This document shows positions 51,984 to 64,000 of a DNA stretch of 64,000 bases, piece after piece. The position numbers and the translations under genes are program-made. Position 1 is the stretch's first letter; each line of letters begins with the position of its first letter. The notes under the pieces were generated by a model. It saw only the letters and a list, made by a program, of their open reading frames with translations. It did not search any database and had not been told where the DNA came from. This stretch comes from Strigamia acuminata (taxonomy: Eukaryota): positions 11,656,001-11,720,000 of the forward strand of contig OX442314.1 in NCBI GenBank assembly GCA_949358305.1, given 5' to 3'.

Positions 51984-54900
51984 GTTTTATTGCATGTTAA
52001 ATATATTATTTAAGCATAAACATTCTTAGAATTATTTGATAATTAATTGATTTATTTAAACACGCTATGACCTTATTAAAAAAAATTAAATGACAATTAA
52101 AATACGCTAGTCTTTCCATAGGCCTTTCGGCTGTTACCAGCCATCTTCAGTGGTTTGTAACGATGTTTGCAACGACGGTGCATCTGGTAATTCTCTACAA
52201 CTACCGGTAAGTAACTTAAAACTTGATTCTATACGAGTTTCCTATAGTATTTAACACACCTATTTATACTCCCTTCTACTTCTACTTCTATTCATCCATT
52301 TATTTTTAAAAATGTCTAAGCAAATTCCAAATTTCACACCCAGTCGTGCCATTACATTACCCATAGAATTTGCATTCGAATGAGTTAAGCCTCTCAGGTG
52401 GCATCTAATTTGCCATTTGTTCGCATTTGCATAATGTTGTACATTTCTCTTCGCATCAAGAATGACACAAAAATAAGCAGACGTGGTGAAAACTAATCAC
52501 CACAATCTTCCATTCCATTCGTCAAAGAGACTCACGAAACGAAAGAAAAAAGAAAAAAAAAACAAGTATGAGGAGGGGTACCTCGAAGCAGGCAAAGAGA
52601 CTCGACTGAAGAGAGAGACTCAACCTCCCATAACTCAATCAGCAACACCATCACTTGATGGTCACCCACCAGGGGCCGCCACGACAACGAATTACGCTTG
52701 CGCGCGTTTCTCATTAGCGCCACCTGGCAGGAGAAAGAGACCCGAGAAGCAAAATTTAAAAAAAAAAAAAATACGTATCTCGACAAAAGAGATTTCGCAT
52801 CCAGATAGCGTTTCTTAAAATTCACACCCTGCAACACTGCGTTTGACAGCGTCAGAAACGCCTATAGGGTTTGGTGGTTGAGGCTGATTACAATGCAGGA
52901 TTAGGACTAGCGTTGGTTGTTTTTTTTCTTTTTTTGGTAAGGGGGTGGTGAAAATAGAGGGTGGTTGCGCAAGTTGGGCCGGCAGACACGGCACTTGACG
53001 AAGAAATCAACTGTTGTGTTATGGCTGATGACATGTCTTGCCTCGAGGCTCCTAACAAGACGCTGGATTGATCATGGAGGGTACGTGAGATTGCCATCTT
53101 TACATGTCAGTCGCAGGGGTCCATTCGATCACTGCAGCACACAGCCGCACACAAAGAAAACGTTCATTTCGCATTTTCATTTGAATATTCCCAGCCATTA
53201 TTTCGCTTTGAAAAAATATGGCAATGAGTTTCGAGAGATTTATTTGTTTGATCACAATTCGTTTATTTGCTTGTCAATGTAATTGATTAATGCAATTTTG
53301 GTTTACACGAATTATCGACAATTCAGATTACAGAGGGCAGAGTACTCAGAAATGAAACACTACTATTTTTAATTTATTTCCTTTAATACACGTTTGTGAA
53401 TTGTACAGCATTCAGCAAAATTAAGTATGTTATTTGTGCATTAAATAATGCATTTCATAATAAAATTGAAAAAAATGCATTTGAAAATTTATTCAAAATA
53501 TACCGCTTATTGTCGATTACTACGCGGGCCTCTAATAGCCCACGGACCTCGAACTGCGCGCAGGGCAAATTTTATTTTTGCCAATAACGCGCGGGCCTCG
53601 ATTTGCACGCGGGTACACAATTGGAGGCCCGAAATGTGCCAAAAAATGATGACAAATGACGCGTTTTGCATACGTTTCGGCAGAAAATAACATTTCGTAA
53701 TAACATTTTACAAAATGTATTATCATTTGCAAACCAATACGTTTCAAAATACATTTCAATACTTCGCAATAGAATTTTAACGGTATGTGATAAGTGTAAT
53801 TTGGATTTTAACTTTGAATGCACCTATTGTTTATTAAATTTCATCAAATTAATCTGTTTATTTGTATTTGGAAGTGTCGTTGATGGATCGCGAGTCGGTT
53901 CTCATTCGTGTAACGATGATGTTATTATCTCGATGTTGGCTTGTATACATCTGGACATTGTACGCCCTGTTATCCACTTTCATTATGGACATCACGGCAC
54001 AGTTTACCAGTGGAGGAAAATTTGATAGGGCGCGCAGCTCCGGTGTAGCGAGCGCGTTTGTGGGCGGAATGATAAATTTGGATGCACACGTTTCCAGAAT
54101 ACTGAGTCTAATAAAGCAACGAGTGAAGTTCTCGCTTGCTTTTTCGCTTACCAAATGAGTTTTTACACGATACAATTTCAAGTTTGGTTCAAAATTCACT
54201 CGCTCTAAGCATCAAATGCATGATTTATGCTTTTCTAAGTCAGTTGCTGAATGCTGACACCGGAATAAACAGATACTGCATTTTGGCGACTGTCAGATCC
54301 CAGAATATTACAATTTTCGATTTTTCACACAAATAAAAACCATGGAAAAACTGAAAAATCAATAGGTGCATTCAAACCTGCCGTTCCTTCTGCTTCTAGT
54401 GTTTCTGGACAATGAATGGACATCCAAAACAGTCAAAAACATCATAAAAACAGCAAACCTAACACCAAAACGTGTAAAATTTTGTATTTTCGAATGAAGC
54501 TAACTCTGTTTTCAACTTCACACTACAGTTTGTAGAAAAGTCACTTGTCAAAAAATAAAAGAAAGAAAAAAGGAGGAGAAAAAGTCACAATTGTCTATGG
54601 AAATTGCAATCATAATGCGTCCGCAACTCTCCAAAGCGGAACCCTAGGGATGCGCCGGGTGAGCGCAAATGCTCGTAATGAAATCTGCATCGTATCGACA
54701 CAGTCAATTTCGATAGATTCATTCGGCTCCGAATTCAGCAGACAACGCCAAGACAAATTAAAAGTGGAGTCATCTGAAAATTCAATTCCACTCGTTTTTA
54801 TTTTCACTTCTTTGTATAATTACCTTGTCTTGGATTGTGTTAAAATTGCACGTTTTAATTCAATTACAATCCACGTCCATTCCTACGCACGGAGAAAAGA

Positions 54901-56954
54901 AAGAAAAGAACAAGAAAAAAAAAATTTTTGGGCGAAAAGAGCAAAACTTTCTTTTCCAATTTGCACAAACCTAATGCATTCGCAAATTGTTCTTTGCTGA
55001 TTAAATATCAGCGTTAGAAACAAACAAATCTCTTCTTTCCCATCAAGTCTCTCGCAAACCCGAGGCGAGTTCGTTCTAATTAAACTCCAAAATCTCCGTC
55101 TTCAATTACCCAAACTTAAATAAAACAAGAAATTATTATTTCAATTACACCGAGAAAAATCGAAAACTTATTCAAGAAAAGAAGAAAAAAAATTATTCAA
55201 TTATCTTTGATTCTTCGTCGCAAGTTGCAACTAAACCAGATCATGTTGACAAACGATACAAAGTGAATGCGCACGCGCATCAATGAGTGCAAGCACATAA
55301 TTGCATTTTACATCACGGACAGTGTCCATCTCAATTTGAGCCGCGAGCGTTTCTCTTTGCGGGAGGGCTAAACGCGTTAGACAGACCACATGGTCGCGAC
55401 GTCCAATTCGACAGGACATAGGCCATAATGGACCCTTAACGAAATTTGCTGGACAAGTAGTGGACACTACACAATCGACATTTTCGCTTCGATTTTTCTT
55501 CTACTCCAAAACGCCAAAATCGCCAAAATTCCATCCAAATGCAAAGAGCGTCGATTATCCGAACGTCGGTTATTGCGAACGACCGGTTATCCAAACAGCA
55601 ATGATCGATTTTTATCGATCTTTTAATCTAACTGTTTTTAAACCGTTTTATTTATTTATTTATTTATTTATTTAATCGCACTACAAAGGAGTAAAAAGAA
55701 ATGAGATACAAGTGAGATAGAATAATTATTGAACAGATAATAAGTGACGATGTAGGCGCCGACGGAAGTGACGGCAATGAGACACACACATAGTAAATAG
55801 TATCTGCATTCAACAATTAAAATAATTTGTGTTTTACTTCAATTTTAAAACAAAAATGACATAATTTCCTGTCTCATTTATTAAATTAAACTATATTAAT
55901 TATTTATTTATAATTTTTATAATAAATCAAAATTTAAACTTAAAATACACTTAAACTAAAATCGTATTTTTATTTTTGAATGCTAAACACATAAACCTAA
56001 CGTCCGATTACGCAAACAAATCGGGTTTATCAACACCTACGTCTCCCAATTAGCTTGGATTATTCTCTAACAGTTATTTTAAAAAATTAACTTTTTCTAA
56101 AACTATTTTTGAATTTTGTTTAAAAATTACATTCAAATTTGTTTGTTTGTGCCGAGATCCTTCAACGGCCAACCCCCACACTCTTTTTTCCCCTTTGAGA
56201 TTGTCGGTAGCATAAAGACGTTGCCATCTATTTCAGCACCCTTCCATTCCAAGACTGCTGGTGAAAAGAGATGGGGGGAAGCGAGGAACGGTCGATAGGA
56301 TGCAGGGGCATCCAACCAGCCTGCGTGCTGTAGTGTCCGAATGTTGCATTGTGCGGGGGTGGATGAAGACTGGAACTGGTGATGCTGGACAATGGACTCG
56401 CGCGTTCAATTCGCACAGAAATTAGATTGAGGTCCTGCAGTACAACGGGAGTGCCGCCGCCATTGTTGCTGGGGGGAGAGAAAGAGTCGAAAACGGATAA
56501 ACACGTCGGAAAACTATTTCTATTCGCTTTCTCTATTTGGGACGCCCATAAAAGTCAAAACACGCGAGACCTTGTGTGAAATTACCACCCTGTGAGTTAC
56601 ATGCTTTCAACATTAGAGGGCGGACACGAAGAAAAGAAAGAAAGAAAGAGGGTTACTAAGTCTCCAATAGAAATATAAATAAAAAGAAGGGAAAAAAATT
56701 GAAAAAGGAGTTATTTGATTTGCTGCTTGTTGTTAGTACTTTCTGACTGCTGGACGGCTGAAAAGTGAAGAAAACATTCCTCTGCAGAGAGTTTTGGTTA
56801 TAAATTACAGATTTTTGTAAAGGAATATTATAACAAATCTCCAACTATTGTTTATAAAAATGTCAATATTATAGATAGCGGCAGCCCGTGTCAAGGTAGC
56901 GTGGCAAACCTTTTCTCGCAAAGACGTGGGTTAGATCTCGCTTATCGTATACAG

Positions 56955-57251
56955 TAGGGGTCGGCAAGTAATTTTAAGTGGGGTCCGGATACTATTGAAA
57001 ATTTTTATCGAGGTCCAAAAAAAACACTTAAAAACCTTACTAAAAACCTAAGAAAATGGAAAAAACACTTAAAAACCAAATAAACCCCCCCAATAAACAC
57101 ACACAACCCAAAAAATACCAATAAAACCTAAAAAACAAGAAAAAAAAACACCGAAAAACCAAAGAAACCGAGGAAAAAAGTCGCTAAAACGTTACCGTGG
57201 TCCAAGTTTCGACCTTCTTCTGGACCGCGGTGCGCATGTTGCCGACCGCTG
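56955..57251. mobile_element. hAT (Charlie-like) MITE with 8-bp target-site duplication
   Basis: TIRs TAGGGGTCGGCAA / CAGCGGTCGGCAA; GTATACAG duplicated at 56947-56954 and 57252-57259. Confidence 0.85.
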
Positions 57252-60200
57252 GTATACAGGGTGTTTCAATAAAGTGTTTTCAGTCAAATCTTTCTGCAAC
57301 TAAGTTATAATCACAGATTGTGTTCACGCATTTGAGCTCTCAAATGCGGCTGGCCGTTAGAAATTACAAACAGGAAGTTATCTAACGGTTCTAATTGTGC
57401 ATGTGCAATAGTCGGATTGTCGGATAGTCAAAGTTGAAATCCGATTTCCTTGATTTCTGAAAATCAAGAAAATCACAGTTTCGGAAATCCATTTAAAATT
57501 GAACGCACCTAATGGCACCTAATGTTTGATTAACGACATAATTGCTTTCTAATCAGAGAATTAATCAATTAAGATTGAAAATTGTCTTTTAACACTTAAA
57601 TTTGATATCGGAAGCTTTTACTGTCTCACCATGGTGTTGCAATGTGCACTTTTATTGCAGTACATAGTTATATTTATGATTTTTCCAACTCTGGGAATTC
57701 TCCAAGACAAAAGCATCTGCCGAAAACTCTTAGAGGCAAAGTCTTAAAATCCAGACGACTGATTTAAATCCTTATTTACTCCGCAAAAAAGTTCAGTGAG
57801 TTTAAGTTCTCGGTATTCAGTCAATCTCTCATTGTCAAGACATCCCGAGAGAAAAATAGGTGGAAAAATCGATACAAAAGGCCATCCAAAAAAAGGAAGA
57901 ACACGTGACAAGATTTCCTTTCTCCGCCTGACCCTGCCTCGGCTTGTCTTTCACGCTGATTGGTCCAACTTCCGCATCAGGCAACGATTCTCCGGCGACC
58001 GGATGACGAGAGACGTAATAAAATTACAGGAAGCAATCCAATGTTAAAAAAAAAATAGAACACACATATCACCTGCTTGTAAAAAAAAATGTAAAATTTT
58101 CAAATATTATTCCGCTATGTAGCCTATATAAAAATAGATTCGCTATTCATCCTTTCATCATATTGCAGCTTAAGCCAGGTGGGTCGCGAGGGAATTTGCT
58201 ATTATAATTCCATAGATGAAGCCAAAATTGTTCTACGCACTCGTATTAGCACTAATTGGGCCCAGAGAGGCGCTCTAAGCAAATTAGGAGCGACCGAAGC
58301 GACATCACCATCACTAGACGCGTGCATAAAACGCCAAGTCCCAACGATTCCTTAATCCTTTTGGTGAATCCCAACGCGCATAACTCCCTCGCTTTTCAGA
58401 CCTCGAAGGAAAGAGGATTTCCAACGAATTTAGACAGTGGTAGTAAGAATAAAAAAATAAATAAAAACTATAAAAATGATAAAAAGCGAGCACCCAAAGC
58501 CCCGAAATTAACAAAATAAAAAATATCAAATTTTATTTTAAAAAAATTTAAGTATGAACATAAAATTGTGTGTTACCTCATTAATAATTTGTAAATTCGT
58601 AAATTCGTAAATTCTTATCTAAGGTAAGCAAGTTCAAGTAAACATCAACGTTAAATAAATAATGAGACGTGATATGCGGCAGTATTACAGAAAAAAATCA
58701 AAAATGGCAAAAATTCGTCCCAGTCCGTATGTTTTTTATTGACGTTAGTCTTTATGTTTTATATATACGGCAATATTATAGATTATTGTTAATTTCGGCT
58801 CTTTATGCAAAATAATATATATTTATTCATTTATGCATTTATGAAGGCCCCACTCATTCCATATCTGTATATAAAACACATTTTTAAATTTTCCTCATTA
58901 AAATGCAATTTTATCACCCAAATCCCAAGAAAAGAATCGCAACCACTCTTAATAAGTTATCTGCTGCAACAACTTGCACCAAGAGGATTACGAAAAAAAA
59001 AAAAAACGTTATTTGTCCATCAGCAGCCAGCAGCCCAACCAACACTCATGATATTAACGAACAGTGCACATTTTCCTCGCTATTTGAGCCCTTTCTCCCT
59101 TTCCTATGACCCGAGCTCGTCTTTATTGAGCGAAGGCCCGCAAATTTCAACGAGATCCCCCGGCGAGTGGGATGCAGAATTCAATTTAGGGGCATGCGAA
59201 CATCGCTATTGGAGGGTTGCTCGATCGAATTGTCGCCCGATTGAAAGCCGCCCGTTTAATGGGCTTCAGACAGGCTCTGATGGGGGGATGGAGAGAGGAG
59301 AGTGAAGAGTAGAGAATGAGGGGCGGCGAGGATGAAGCGGGGGGCGAGGGGAGACGAGCGAGAGACGCCAGCTTATCCCTGCGTAATGTGCCCATCGCCA
59401 ACTAACGAATCAGTGCAGGGCAACTCGTCGCCCCGACGCCTCTGATTGGCGGTCCGAGCAGCTGCACTGCCAAACCCCAGCGCGCTGCGGTGAAGCGTGC
59501 ACGAAGGCGTGAATAAGGAAGATGCAGACAAATTGCACGCGGCAGATTGCCAACCCCCAAGCTCGCCACCCACCCACCACCCGCCCTGGCAGAGCTAGTA
59601 ATTAAGCACTCGCTGCAAGTACAAGCTTCGCTAGGTTTGGCGATAATTAGCGCTCACCAGGGACGAATAATGTCCTAAGTCTGATAGAGAGAGAGGAGCA
59701 ATTACCAACACTTGCGTCATCATCCGCTCGTGCAAGATGAGATGAAATGAAGATATCAGAGGCGGAGAAAGTTGACAGCACCATTCGTGGGAAATTTTTG
59801 CCGATTTGTATCGACAACACCATTTTTGCGTGGCTCTTGTTTCGTCCCCACGCCCTCGCTCGCTTTTTTTTTAGATTTCAATAAATTTAATAACCGTCTA
59901 GTCTTGTATTTAAATTTTATAGAAAATATAGTTTGGAAAATTCGATTTATTGGTGAGATTTTCATAAAAATATATAATAATGTGTAAAACAAACATGTAA
60001 AAGTCGATTTGTTGAGTGTTTATAAAAAATGTGTATAAAATAAAGCAGGTAGAATTCGATTTTTTGGTGATATTTCTAAGAAAAATACACCAAAATGTGT
60101 AAAACAAACGTGTGTATTTCGATTTATTGATGGTATTTACAGAAAAATATATAAAAATATGCAAATTAATGAAAAATTTGATGGTTCATCTCTAGTTTGA

Positions 60201-61299
60201 TTTAAAGCTAATTCTAATCTTTTAAATATAAAATAATATATACAAAAATTAATTTTTAAGTGCTTAAATAAAAAAATTAATCATTTATTTGTAAAACTTA
60301 TCAATTTTATGGAGTTCGATTTCTCAGACGATCATTAAATTGACAATTTTAGTTTCCAGAAGATTGTCTGAAACATTTTTCTCCAAACGCAATGAATTTC
60401 TTGGTTAACTTTCACTGTACCGACAATATTCCATAGAAAATTAGCATCATCCATCCCCAAAACCCTTCCAGTGTTACACAACATGTCAAACTTATCCAAA
60501 AATTAAACATCATGCCACTTAAATGACGCCGTATATCTAAATTTAGCCCTTGTTTTCATTGCAATCCCCATTTCCTGTGTTGTTAGCACTCATCTCACCC
60601 TCACCTACAACGTTTCCGGCTAATTCTGTGTGAACATCTTGTGACAAGGGGTTAATCGCCCCCATCCTCGACCGAGTCTCCAGAATGGGTTTTGTGAGCG
60701 AGTCAAGAGGGCGCCATTTCTCCCTTGTCTCTGGTCAAAACCCTTGACCTCCATCACGATCTGACTTTTCCAAGAACACGTCAATTGCGCCAAATTATAC
60801 CCTGTCTAACCCATTATGTTTACAAATTAACAACTCTCTCTTCACCATTCAATTTCATCTTTTTTTCTCCCTCCAATGACACGTTCGAGAGGTTGAGTTC
60901 CGAGCTCATTTATCAATCTAACAAGCAAGAAAAAACAGGAAGAAAGAAAAATAAATCTTATCTCTGACCTGGATCAACCATCCCCACGAGTGTTGAGAGC
61001 GTTTGACGCCATCATTTCTGAGAGACAGAACAAACATAGTCACGTCAACTAAAAAGCAGCCAATAGTTGCGGCTAATCCCTTGTGAAAACGACAGCCAAA
61101 ACCGCCGTGTCACAGTCTTAAGAAAATAATATTGCCCACCCACTGAATTGCACGCCACTTAATACACTGTTTGCACAGCTGATATCAATCTCCATCCGTA
61201 TAAATAATAAATATATATTAGTCAACAAAATTCCCCACTTTTTCCTTCATTTTCCATATAAATTTACGTCAATTCCAACGTAAAACCCCTCAAATTCCC

Positions 61300-61700
61300 A
61301 CAAAATCGACTTGAAACACCGAAAATCAACTTAAAAACATCGAAAAATCGACTTAAAACACTGAAAATCGACTTAAAAACACTGAAAATCGACTTAAAAA
61401 CACTGAAAATCGACTTAAAAACACCAAAAATCGACTTAAAACACGAAAAATCGACTTAACACACGGAAAATCGATTTAAAACACCGAAAATCAACTTAAA
61501 AACATCGAAAAATCGACTTAAAAAACCAAAAATCGACTTAAAACACCGAAAATCGACTTAAACACACCGAAAATTGACTTAAAACACGAAAAATCGACTT
61601 AACACACCGAAAAATCGACTTAAAACACGAAAAATCGACTTAACACACCGAAAAATCGACTTAAAAACACCAAAAATTGACTTAAAACACCGAAAAAGAT
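61300..61700. repeat. Minisatellite, 20-22-bp unit
   Basis: AAAATCGACTTAAAACAC(C/T)G-like units, about 19 copies. Confidence 0.92.
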
Positions 61701-62782
61701 CCCTTGTTTTAATTTTAAATGTAAATTCATGTAATCTCCACCGAAATAACCCACAAAAACCCACAAAATCGACTTAAAAACGCATCAAACTTGAATCCAA
61801 ACTTCTAAACCTTGTTTAAAAAAACCAGTCGTTGAAAAACGCATCATGAACGCTTGTTTTCACCCCCGCTAACAACCCCGGGCTAATATTTGCTCGGTAC
61901 ACATGCGAGGTGGGAAACGCAAACGGTCACCGAGCACTCGGTAAACAGGGTTCTTTTTCTCACCTCACTTTAGCTTACCATTCTCGAATCCTCGACCCGC
62001 TTGACCCTCCACAAACCAACCCGGAGGTCTCTCCATCACTAAAGGAATGTCTCCCAACAGCTCCCGCACACGAACATCCCCCCAAAAAAAAAATTTCCAT
62101 AAAAATTTCCCCAAACCAAAAAAATTTCTACACAAAACACCCCCCGCCATTTTTTTTGTAGAAAAATGTTTAAAAAAAATTACTAATGACCTGGCGATGC
62201 GACACTTGCTACGTAGTGGCGATGACAGGCGCAAGTGGGGGTGGAATCTGCGTCTCAATTAAGGAAGAACGCAAGACAAACGAGATCGACTCGGAAGCCC
62301 CCTCGACGCCTAACGAGCACCGACCCCCCACTCGCACGCACTTCTCATTAGACCCTGGCGGCCATTGTGGCAGGACCGAGCAACGCGTCTGTGCGTATTG
62401 TCCCCCCTAATTGAAAGGGACACACTAGCGCCCTGTCACGGCGATTGCATTGTACGAGCCTTCGCTCTCAATGATTATATCATGCAGTTTTGACAGGATG
62501 CCAGTCCCATTGTCCAATGGCAACCTCTCTCTCTCTCACACACTCTCCCAACAGGTTCCGACTCCTCGCAGCGGTTCCTCGACGCCCACGAGTCTGTCCC
62601 ACTTAATTGCAACTCTTCAAACTCCCATCACCGAAATACCAATACGCTTCAGAAATATATTTTGCTTTTCACTTAATGCGTTCCAAAATGTACAGCATTT
62701 CGCACATTAAATAACGCTTTTCATAATACAATTGAAAAACTGCATTTAAAAATAATATTGGGACTATACATTTCACAATATA

Positions 62783-63061
62783 CCGTATTTTACCGATTAA
62801 AAGTCGCCCTCGAATTGTAGCCGCGGCTGAGACACCACGAATACCGTATTTTTGCAAAAGTACGATATTGTTTCCGTATTTAACCTCACTAACGATGAAC
62901 GTACGCTTCGTTCGTGACGTTCAGACTTCGTTTGTTACATTAAACAAATGTAAAAAACGAAAAACCGAAATTAGACAATTCCTAAATTAGCAACATTTAT
63001 TTCCGCTGTTGTATAATGGCAGTTTTGAATAAAAGCCGCGGCTCTTAATCGATAAATACGG
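62783..63061. mobile_element. MITE family A, complete, inverted relative to the 5068 copy, nested in repeat B
   Basis: TA-CCGTATTTTACCGATTAAAAGTCGC ... GCGGCTCTTAATCGATAAATACGG-TA; internal sequence is the reverse complement of the 5068/20433 copies. Confidence 0.88.
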
Positions 63062-64000
63062 TATTTTACAAAATGTATCACCATTTGCAAACCAAAAGCA
63101 CGCAAAAATATATTACAAAATACATTGCAATGTATTTTTGAACCATATGGGTGCCCCTACATACACATTAATTCAGCACTCCCGACCCCTCACGATTAAT
63201 TCCTATGACCCAAAACGCCTAAAACACATCCATCCAGCGTTCTTCTATTAATCAACACGTCCCCACTGACCTCCTGACTCGCCATTAGCACATTCTTGCG
63301 CAGGAGGACGATTCCCTGGCGTTTCAATTCGAAGAAATCAATGAATCATCCGTTGATTGGAAAATGTCGAGGGGGGAAAAAGAGAAAGCAAAATAGTGAT
63401 AATGTATTAGAGGGGGCGGGGGTACTCTTCACGCACCCTCCTCCCATCGGTTTAAAATTTTAAATCCTCTTTAAATTTTTTATCAATGCAGATTTAGCAC
63501 GGGGCAGTCAAATGTGAGGAAAAATAATTTACTTGATGCGTGTGTCATTGAGTTTGTCTTGAGCAGCCCCCGATCGCGGCTTCTTGTTGGCGCATCATTT
63601 CCAATTACTGCGGGCAGAAAGAGAGGCGCAAGTGGTTGCGGCAGATGTCTTTGGAGTTGGTTAATTGGGTTGGAAAATGAAGAAACGCAGGGTGCCACCA
63701 ATGTGTAAAATATTGGTGTTTGGTACGGAGGTTTAAGATGGGTGCGCATGAGCAATGGCATCGGTTTGGTTCAATTTAAACGGAGCCAAAATGGCGGAGG
63801 AAGAGTTGCACGCAATTTTCTTGTTTCTTTATACGAGTCAGATTTCCAGGCTGAAGGGGAGAGGTGAGAACAGGGCTCAAGTTGACGCGACTCACACTTC
63901 GTGCACGCACATCACGCTTGGACGCAGGTGAGAGGTAGGAGGAAATGGGGGTTAGGTGTTGTGACAACTAAAATTTTGGATTTGGCTTGAAATAATTTCT

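Overview
AT-rich eukaryotic (arthropod-like) genomic DNA. It holds one clear host gene, a two-exon Six3/6 (optix) homeobox gene (CDS join 3118..3743,5492..5711, + strand, 281 aa), followed by about 58 kb with no other recognisable host exon. That gene desert alternates motif-rich GC-richer islands with many short, often nested, non-autonomous DNA transposons (MITEs) and A/T-tract minisatellites. The most unusual object is a young, structurally complete 6.9-kb LTR element on the minus strand (35984..42896). It has 1160-bp near-identical LTRs, an AGCT target-site duplication, a PBS and a PPT. Its internal region is almost entirely one intact 1430-aa ORF in which I find no gag zinc-knuckle, protease, RT, RNase H, integrase or env motif, and it carries an exact internal copy of its own PPT. 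Two isolated pieces matching initiator tRNA-Met are also present. All comparisons were made by eye; no searches were run.
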